Positions 51,343-58,750 of a stretch of 64,000 nt of DNA are shown here, in pieces. Source of the DNA: Thecamonas trahens ATCC 50062 (Eukaryota > Protista > Apusomonadida); assembly GCF_000142905.1 (NCBI RefSeq), contig NW_013657621.1:151123-215122 (forward strand), read 5' to 3'. Each line of letters starts with the position of its first letter. Position 1 is the first letter of the stretch. The position numbers and the translations under genes were made by a program. Under the pieces are notes generated by a model that did no database searches, was not told the DNA's origin, and saw nothing but the letters and a program-made list of their open reading frames with translations.

Positions 51343-53637
51343 CTATGAAACAGCGCATGACTCGACGCGCTTGTCTTTGTCGATAGCCTTGAGTGCCGAA
51401 GACCGCGAGGCTGGAAGCGAGAGCGAGCGGGCGTGGAGTAGAGACGGCGGGCCGGTGGGCAGGCTCTCGGCGGCTGACAGGGGCGCGGCGAGGACGGCAG
51501 CGAGATGGGCGAGCGGCGTGGTGGCGTTGACGGCGGTCTTTGCCGAGGTCTCGACAAAGTGCATGTTGTGTGCGGCGGCAAAGGATGCACCGGTAGGTGT
51601 GTCAACGACGCGGGCAGCGGTAGCGTCGTTCTTGTTGGCGACGAGGACGAGGCGGGCCGAGGTGAGGAGGCCATGATTGGCCAGGAGCGGGAGCCAGTTG
51701 TCCGCAATAGCGGCAAAGGAGGCGGCGTTGGTGACGTCGTACATGAGGACGACGGCGGCGGCGCCGGCAAAGACCAGCTGCGAAGCGAGGCGGTAGGCCC
51801 GTACGCCGGCGGTGTCCCAGAGCTGGAAGAGCACAGTGCTCGATCCAGGCTGCTCTGAGCGCGGGAAGCGGACAAATACATGGTCGACGCCGATGGTGGG
51901 TGGCAGCTTAAAGGCAAACTTGAGATTAGCCATGCGGCGGCAGAGCGAGGACTTGCCGACCCCGGCCTCGCCGACGAGGACAACCTTCAGCAGGCGATCG
52001 CGGCGGGGCGTAGCCGGCGGCGGACTCGACGGTGGCAGTGTGGGCGAGGCGAGGTCGTGGGCGGGCGCGGCAGCGCGCGACCAGAGAGTGTCTTCCACGG
52101 TGGAGGGGGCATGTGCGACGGGCCGACAGCCACAGTAGGCGCAGTTGACGGCGTCTGTGCCGCGGACAAACTCGGCGCAGCCGCAGTCTGAGCACGCGCT
52201 GCGGACGACGCCCTGGGCGTCGGTCTGCGACCAGCGGGTAAAGACATAGAAGAGCCAGGCGTCCTTGAAGGAGTGACGGTCCTTGCAGTGAGAGAGGAGG
52301 CCGAGGGCGGCGAGGGCGTTGCCAAGTTCGACGGCGTGCGTGCGGCTCGTGGCAAGACCCTCAGCGACCATAAAGTCGACGGCCTCGGATCCGACAAAGA
52401 CGTTGCGATAGGCCTTGAGGCGGTAGGTGCGCTTGTCGACGCGGAGACCGGCGCGGAGGCGACGGATGAGTTCCGGCCCGTCGACGGTGAGGAGGGCATC
52501 CGCGGTGACGTGGGCGGCAAAGCCGACGGCGGCGGTCGATGACGAGATCGACTCGGCGTCGGATGCGGTGGCATCGGGCTCGTCGACACGTTGGTAGCCC
52601 GGCGGGGCGATGTTTGCGGCGCCGAGCGAGGCGAGGAGGTAGTCGCGGGCGGCCGGCTCGGTGACATTTTCGAGCAGAGCTTCGCGGAGAGTGGTTGCTT
52701 TTGTCGAGCACATGAGCGAAGTTCCGGAGCGTGGAGCGTCGGGGGCCAGGGCGGCAGCGAGGACGTGCCACGGGAGGACGACAGCGTGGTCAGCGACGCG
52801 AAGGCGGAGGCGGGCCTCATGAGCATGGAGCGCGTCGAGCAGGGCGTCGGCGCCATTGGCGGCCTTGGCGGCGACATTGGCCATGATGCCGAGGACGTGG
52901 GCGACGACGGTGTGGAGCTCCGACTCTGGCGGGAGCTGAGCGGCAGAAGGACGGTCCGAGGGCAGGGCCGACATGGAGAGGGCGAGGCGCGACGAGCCCA
53001 CGAGCGGCGAGCGTTGCGGGCCGGAAGCGATCGGCGACTGCGGCGAGGCTAACCGTGGCTTGAGCACAGCCAGAGTCGCCTCGCCAGAGGATGGGCTCGG
53101 GGCGAGCGCGAGATGGGCCAGCATGAGCAGATGGACCAAATCGGCAAGCACTTCGGCCGAGGCGCCGACGGCGGCAAGACCCGAGGGAAAGCGAATGATG
53201 GCACGGAGAATGGCGAGCGGAAGGGCAGCCCAAGTGAGCTCGCCACGAGAGAGCGGAACATCACCAGAAGCATCGGCGTCGGTGCGTGTGGCAGCAGCAA
53301 GGAGGGCAGCGAGGAGGAGGACACCGCCGGGAGCGTCGGGAAGAGGCCGTTCTGAGCAGACTTCGGCAATCCACTCATCATCAGCACCGAGTGCCGACGT
53401 ATGTATGTGTCGAAGCGAAGCCATGAGCTCATGTGCAAGAGCCACTATCTCTGCATCTCCGGCGCCCAAGCCCGAGCACCCGCCGCCGCCCGGCTGTCTC
53501 GCCTCGGCCGATGACTCCACCGTCCGACCCACGAGCGGAAGCGACAGGTCTAACGTCTTCAAGGCCGACCCTGTGCGTCCTGCCAAGTGGCCCAGGACAT
53601 CCAGCATCCTCTGCTGTGCGTCTCGGGCACTTAGCAT
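51343..53637 (-). CDS. Large Rab-like GTPase fusion: helical N-terminus, DEP domain, Cys/His zinc module, Rab G-domain, CAAX-like end
   Basis: DEP: RTYRLKAYRNVFVGSEAVDFM...AVELGNAL...FKDAWLFYVF. G1 GEAGVGKS, G2 PTIGVD, G3 WDTAGV, G4 NKND, G5 ETSAK. Ends CAVS. Confidence 0.85.
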   Translation of the reverse strand: MLSARDAQQRMLDVLGHLAGRTGSALKTLDLSLPLVGRTVESSAEARQPGGGGCSGLGAGDAEIVALAHELMASLRHIHTSALGADDEWIAEVCSERPLPDAPGGVLLLAALLAAATRTDADASGDVPLSRGELTWAALPLAILRAIIRFPSGLAAVGASAEVLADLVHLLMLAHLALAPSPSSGEATLAVLKPRLASPQSPIASGPQRSPLVGSSRLALSMSALPSDRPSAAQLPPESELHTVVAHVLGIMANVAAKAANGADALLDALHAHEARLRLRVADHAVVLPWHVLAAALAPDAPRSGTSLMCSTKATTLREALLENVTEPAARDYLLASLGAANIAPPGYQRVDEPDATASDAESISSSTAAVGFAAHVTADALLTVDGPELIRRLRAGLRVDKRTYRLKAYRNVFVGSEAVDFMVAEGLATSRTHAVELGNALAALGLLSHCKDRHSFKDAWLFYVFTRWSQTDAQGVVRSACSDCGCAEFVRGTDAVNCAYCGCRPVAHAPSTVEDTLWSRAAAPAHDLASPTLPPSSPPPATPRRDRLLKVVLVGEAGVGKSSLCRRMANLKFAFKLPPTIGVDHVFVRFPRSEQPGSSTVLFQLWDTAGVRAYRLASQLVFAGAAAVVLMYDVTNAASFAAIADNWLPLLANHGLLTSARLVLVANKNDATAARVVDTPTGASFAAAHNMHFVETSAKTAVNATTPLAHLAAVLAAPLSAAESLPTGPPSLLHARSLSLPASRSSALKAIDKDKRVESCAVS

Positions 53638-53867
53638 GGCTAGCCAGTGGATAAGTGGGTGAGGTGGGAGAGGAGGAAGGAGAGGAGGGGAGGGGGGGGG
53701 GGTGGGGTGGGGTGCGTGACACAAAGACTCGTTCATTCATTTTGAATGGTGACATTGGAGGCGAGGAGCGGGGGAAGGGGGGGGGGGGGGGGGGGGGGGG
53801 GGTATCGGGCAGCATGTTGGGGAATGGTGTGTGAGGCACAGGGTTGTTCGGCTGGGGGGTTTAGATC

Positions 53868-55688
53868 TTATGCTCTGGACTTGGACTTGGACTTGGACTT
53901 GGACTTGGACTTGGTGCGCGGAGGCGAGGGCGAGGAGGCGGTGGACTTGGTCGGCGGCCAGACACAGTCGAGGAAGCGGAGGGTGGCAGCGTGACCGGCA
54001 GTCATGAGGGCTTCGAGACGGGCAGGCGTCATAGCCATCTCCATGGTAGAGTAGCCCTTGGCAGGCAGGTGGCAGATGAGTTCCGGATAGGAGCGCTCGA
54101 GGACGCGATACGGCCCGGACATGGTGGCATCAAGGAGGTTTTCCAGGTGCTCCAGAGCGAGGTTGTGCAGGCCATCGCGCGACGGCGGGGAGGGCTTTGG
54201 CGGGCGCCAGGAGTCCTCGTGAATGGCAGCAGAGAGCGGCATGTCGTCCTCGATGAGGAAGCCGATGATCGGGTGGTCGGAGCCCGGGGCGGTGCGGCCC
54301 ATCATGGCGCGGACGCGCGGATCCTCCGAGGTGACGAGATCGAGGGCAAAGACATCGAGAAGGCCGCCGTCAACAACCACAGCGCCAGTGCGGTCGTCGC
54401 CGAGATATGTGCCCCACTCGGAGCGCCAGGTGACGAAGCGGTAGGCGGCCATGAGCGCCATAGACATGCGGGTGGCCCAGGCGACAGGCACGTCTGGCGC
54501 AGTCCGGTGGTTGAGGACCAGGCGTTCGCCGTTGGTCACATCGGCGGCGACGACGGTGAGATCTGCGCCGGTGACAGCGTACAGCTGAGCCATGGTTGGC
54601 TCAGGAACGGAGGCCAGGCTTGGGTGGTAGGTATGGATGGCCTCGTTGATGTAGTCGACGAGGGCGTTGCCGACAAGGGCGCCACCGAGCTCGTAGAGAC
54701 CAAACAGGACCCGGAAGTCACGCGAGTGGTTGAAGAGCGCATTGAGAATGAGCGAGTTGCCGGCGGCAACGGCGGCTTCGGGGACAAGCGGAATGTGGAG
54801 GGTGTTGAGCGCCTGCGCGAGCTGCGACGACGACCGGAGCTCGGGCGAGACGTCGCTCGGCAGCGGGAGGTCCATGGTGATGGCTTGCATGGCTGAGACC
54901 ATCTTGCCGGTGTTGTCACGCCGCTTGGAGAGCGCGAAACGATGGACGTCGCCCGGCGAGAGGCCAATGGCGGTGATAGTGGCCATGAACGCGCCGGCCG
55001 AGGTGCCGATGAGCCGACCAAACTTAAGCCCACGGGTGACAAGCGCGCCGAGGGCGCCGATGAACACGTTGCCCTTGGCACCACCGCCCTTGAAGACCAT
55101 GTCAACACCGGCGCTGATATCAGTCTCGTGCGCGGTAGAGTCGGCAGCTGCCATCGCTGCGCGGTAGAGCGCATCGACCGAGCGGCCGGCGCTCGCCGGA
55201 TGCTCGGCGACGTAGGCGGCGGCAACTGCGGCCTTCTCCTCCTCGGCGCGGGCATGGACCTCGCTCCAGTCAATGACCGGCGGCAACGGGAGATCGTGGG
55301 CGTGTGAAGCACGGCGGAGGACGTTGACGGCCTTGTCGGTGGCAGCCACCATGGTCGGCGGCGGCGATTCGAGCGGGGCGCTGGTGGCCAGTGGGTGGCT
55401 TGCCATCCAGGCCGGCGAGAGCGAGGTGTGGTGGTCGATGGGCAGTGCGCCGTTGTGCAGCGCCACCGACGTAATGCCAAACATCTCACTGTACTCTGTC
55501 TCGCCGCTGCTGCTGTGATCGGCAGCAATGCCCGCCAGCACAGCCGCGTCGCCGGTGAGGACCTGTCCGCTGCTTGGCGTCTTGCGACTGGCCCGGCCCG
55601 GCTTGGTCTTTGCCCGCTTGGTCGCAGGCGACCGGTGCGAGCTCGATGCGGCAGGCGGCGTCTTGGCGCGGCGCTTGCGGGTAGACAT
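53868..55688 (-). CDS. Patatin-like phospholipase (bacterial ExoU/VipD-like type)
   Basis: Gly-rich VFKGGGAKG, nucleophile GTSAG, RMSMAL, catalytic VDGG. Confidence 0.88.
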   Translation of the reverse strand: MSTRKRRAKTPPAASSSHRSPATKRAKTKPGRASRKTPSSGQVLTGDAAVLAGIAADHSSSGETEYSEMFGITSVALHNGALPIDHHTSLSPAWMASHPLATSAPLESPPPTMVAATDKAVNVLRRASHAHDLPLPPVIDWSEVHARAEEEKAAVAAAYVAEHPASAGRSVDALYRAAMAAADSTAHETDISAGVDMVFKGGGAKGNVFIGALGALVTRGLKFGRLIGTSAGAFMATITAIGLSPGDVHRFALSKRRDNTGKMVSAMQAITMDLPLPSDVSPELRSSSQLAQALNTLHIPLVPEAAVAAGNSLILNALFNHSRDFRVLFGLYELGGALVGNALVDYINEAIHTYHPSLASVPEPTMAQLYAVTGADLTVVAADVTNGERLVLNHRTAPDVPVAWATRMSMALMAAYRFVTWRSEWGTYLGDDRTGAVVVDGGLLDVFALDLVTSEDPRVRAMMGRTAPGSDHPIIGFLIEDDMPLSAAIHEDSWRPPKPSPPSRDGLHNLALEHLENLLDATMSGPYRVLERSYPELICHLPAKGYSTMEMAMTPARLEALMTAGHAATLRFLDCVWPPTKSTASSPSPPRTKSKSKSKSKSKSRA

Positions 55689-55837
55689 GGTGCTGTGGAA
55701 GGGGAGGGAGAGTCAAGTATGCGTGGCTTGCGGCTGCGGTGAGGGAGGGGGGTGGCTGGCAGTTGAAGGCGAATTTCTTTGGGGTCTTTTTTTTCGAGAG
55801 GCCAACGGCGTACAGGTGCGGCTGCTCGCGGTGGCAG

Positions 55838-57409
55838 TCAGGGCGAGCGCTCGACAATGTCGTGGCCAACGCCATCGATGCCACCAGTAAGCTCAAACTG
55901 GGCCATGAGCTGGGAGAGCTCCTCACCGGTCAGCTCGCGACCGAGGTGGAAGGTGGAGTAGGCGGGAGCGACATAGTGACTGTCGATGGAGGTGGCTGCG
56001 GCCGATTCGGCAGAAGAGGTCATGGCGGCGATGTCGACCTTGTAGGCGTCCTCGAGCGGCGTGAGGCGGCGGAAGTGCGAGGCCGAGACCTCTTCGCGGG
56101 CCTGCTCGAGGCGGCGCTTCTCGACTTCCATGCTCGCGTCGCGGATGGAGGCGGCGGTGGCGACGCACGACTCGAGGTGCGTGGCGTGGTTGGCAAAGTC
56201 CTTCTTGGCCTGCGAGATCTGCTGGTCGACGTAGGCCTTGAGCTTGGCCTGCTCCTCAGCAATGGCAGCCTCTGTCCGGCGCAGCGTCTCAGCCTCGAGC
56301 TCGTCAAGCCGTTTGAGTTCAGACTCGAGGGTGGCCTTACGGGCGGCCTCGCGCGAGATCTTGCTCGGATCGGTTGCGGGCAGTTCAGCGGGGGCGTCGG
56401 TGTAGGTCGGCGGCGGGCCGGCGGGTGGAGCCGACGGGGCGTAGGGCGGCGGAGCAGTAGCATCAGTCGGCGGAGCGGGGACAGGGAGGTTTGCGTCGTC
56501 AATGGCGTTGAGCTGTTCAAAGTTGGAGATGAGATGGGCGCGTTGGGCGGCCATCTGCTCCTTGACGGTGGCCTCGGCGGAGCGCCCTTCGCGCTGCAGG
56601 GCGCGGAGGCGGTCAGAGCGGTAGCGGCGGAGCTCGTTGATGCGTGCAGCAAGCGACTTTTTGAGCGAGTCAAGAAGACGGACACACTCGACCGACTCGT
56701 ATTCGCCCTGGGCGGCCGCCAGGCGGGCGTTGAAGACCTGGATCTGGTCGCGCATCTCCATTTCGATGACCTGCTTGAGGGCGTTGGTGGATGCCTCAAA
56801 CTCGCGGGTCCGCTCGGACCAGGCGCCAGAGTACGAGCCAACATATCGGGCCTCGTTGAGGGTCATGGCGCCGAAGCGGACCATGACCGACGGGTTGAGC
56901 AGGGCCATGTCGGCGAGCGAAGCCACGCGCGAGAGCGTCATGGCGCGCAGCTCGTCCGGCGCCAGGAACGAGACCGGATCGGCCTCAAGCACCTCTGCGA
57001 GAGTCAGCTGCGGCGAGGTGAGAACGCGCCGGACCATGGCGTCACGGGCAGCAACGACGGTGGCCGGATCGTGGTCGTAGGTGCGCCACGACAAGGCGAC
57101 CGAGATCGAGAGCAGCGGAATGGCAGCGCCGGTGGCGAGAGCGCCGCGGAGCCAGGTGTCTGTGTCTGGGCGAGCAGCGCCTGAGCGGCTTGTCCACATC
57201 AGTGTCGAGCCAACAGCGCCGAGCGTGAGGCCGATGACGCCGCAAGCTCGCGAGAGCCACGTCCCACCCTTGCGCGTCTCGAGCAGCGACGGCTTGGCGA
57301 GCACGATCTTGCCGTCGACCACCACCAGCGGGAAGCCGTCGAGCTCCTGGACCCGTGGCTTGGTGGCTGGGCACACCTCGCCACCGAGCGGGATGTGGAC
57401 ACGGAACAT
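55838..57409 (-). CDS. Hypothetical protein, two TM segments plus coiled coil
   Basis: ATG 57409 after a pyrimidine tract. Two hydrophobic helices, long charged helices, PPPY/PPTY motifs. Confidence 0.7.
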   Translation of the reverse strand: MFRVHIPLGGEVCPATKPRVQELDGFPLVVVDGKIVLAKPSLLETRKGGTWLSRACGVIGLTLGAVGSTLMWTSRSGAARPDTDTWLRGALATGAAIPLLSISVALSWRTYDHDPATVVAARDAMVRRVLTSPQLTLAEVLEADPVSFLAPDELRAMTLSRVASLADMALLNPSVMVRFGAMTLNEARYVGSYSGAWSERTREFEASTNALKQVIEMEMRDQIQVFNARLAAAQGEYESVECVRLLDSLKKSLAARINELRRYRSDRLRALQREGRSAEATVKEQMAAQRAHLISNFEQLNAIDDANLPVPAPPTDATAPPPYAPSAPPAGPPPTYTDAPAELPATDPSKISREAARKATLESELKRLDELEAETLRRTEAAIAEEQAKLKAYVDQQISQAKKDFANHATHLESCVATAASIRDASMEVEKRRLEQAREEVSASHFRRLTPLEDAYKVDIAAMTSSAESAAATSIDSHYVAPAYSTFHLGRELTGEELSQLMAQFELTGGIDGVGHDIVERSP

Positions 57410-57832
57410 GGGAAAGCAGGAGGAGGGGGAGGTGGAGAGGGGTGGAGAGGGGTGGAGGAAAAGGAAGGCGGTCAGTGAGGGACGCGTGCGTGTACGAGCC
57501 ACTCTGGCAGCGTTCGTTGGCTGGCTGGCCAGATGGTGAGATGAACCCGAGGACAGAGGAGAGGGGGGAGGGGGGGGGGGGGGGCGAGCGCAGCTGACGA
57601 TGGCGATGGTGTCACTGATATGTATTGTGATATGTGTGGGTTGTATGGACTCTCGGAGAGTATGTTGCCGATGACGATGTGGGCGGTGATGGATGGGGCT
57701 GTTGGTTGATGCTGGTGAATGAAGAATGGCGTTCATCCAATGACGGTCTCGATCAATGTCTCGATCACTCGCTTACTCGCCGACTCGCCGGTCCTCCACC
57801 CGCTGGAGCCGGCAATACACGTCTCAGTCACC

Positions 57833-58716
57833 ATGCCGGCGTACCACTCGAAGCAGAACGACATTGACGCGCGTACTCTCTGCTCGTGCTCCATCCTGCC
57901 GCTGCGGTCGGAGGTCCGCGGCCCGGCCCCGCGTACTACCGGTACGTCCATGCATGCCCCCATGCCCTTGGCTCGAGTAGGACCGTGTTGGCCTCGTCCG
58001 GCCGGCTTCGCCAGAAAACCGAACAGGCGACGACGGGCCCGAGGGGAAGGGGGGAGTGGCGAGCAACTGAGCGCGTTCGGCCTATCACACACCACATAGG
58101 GTGTGGATGAGGCCAACAGAGAGTAGCTGTGCGGTGTGGGCAGGGCTGGTGGGTGTGGGAGGAGGTCGCTGTGGGTGGTGCGGGGGTGGTCGGTCGGCGG
58201 CTCTGAGGGTGTGAGCCATTTTTTGGCGGAGCGGGGACGGTGTTGGCAGCCGCCACGGCTAAGAGGCAGCGACTTACGGAGGAGACGATGACGGGGACGG
58301 CAGACCACGACATCATCGATGAGGTGCTCCGGTACTGGAAGGCCAACATCTTTTTCAAGAACTACGACATCCAGGGCCCGGCTGACCGTGTCCTCATCTA
58401 CCTGACGCTTTACGTCTCGCAGTGCCTCAAGGAGCTCTTCCGCAACAAGACGAAGAAGGACGGCGTCAAGGCCCTGTACACGCTCTCGCTCAGCAACTTT
58501 AACATCCCTGGCGACGCGCAGTTTGAGCTCGGCGGCTTCTTCTCAGCTCCCGAGTCGCGGGCCGAGGCCGACGAGATCCGCGCCTACTTTACCCAGCTCC
58601 GCCAGGAGCTCGGCATCCGGCTCGTCGATCTTGTGTACCCGGACGAGACGTCGCCGGCGTCCAAGTGGTGGATGTGCTTCAAGAGCCGCAAGTTCCTCAA
58701 CATTGCGCTCAAGTAA
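57833..58716 (+). CDS. ARPC3: Arp2/3 complex subunit 3 (p21); exons 57833-57941 and 58304-58716
   Basis: MPAYHS...LPLRSEVRGPAP joined to DIIDEVLRYWKANIFFKNYDIQGPADRVLIY...SKWWMCFKSRKF. Intron GTACGT...GGCAG at 57942-58303. Confidence 0.96.
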
Positions 58717-58750
58717 GCAAGACGCAGGAGATAAAGCGAGTGTGATGTGG

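Noticed and set aside
53868-55688. CBASS-like defence operon around the patatin
   Set aside because: No cyclase (CD-NTase) or other defence gene nearby; the neighbours are ordinary eukaryotic genes.
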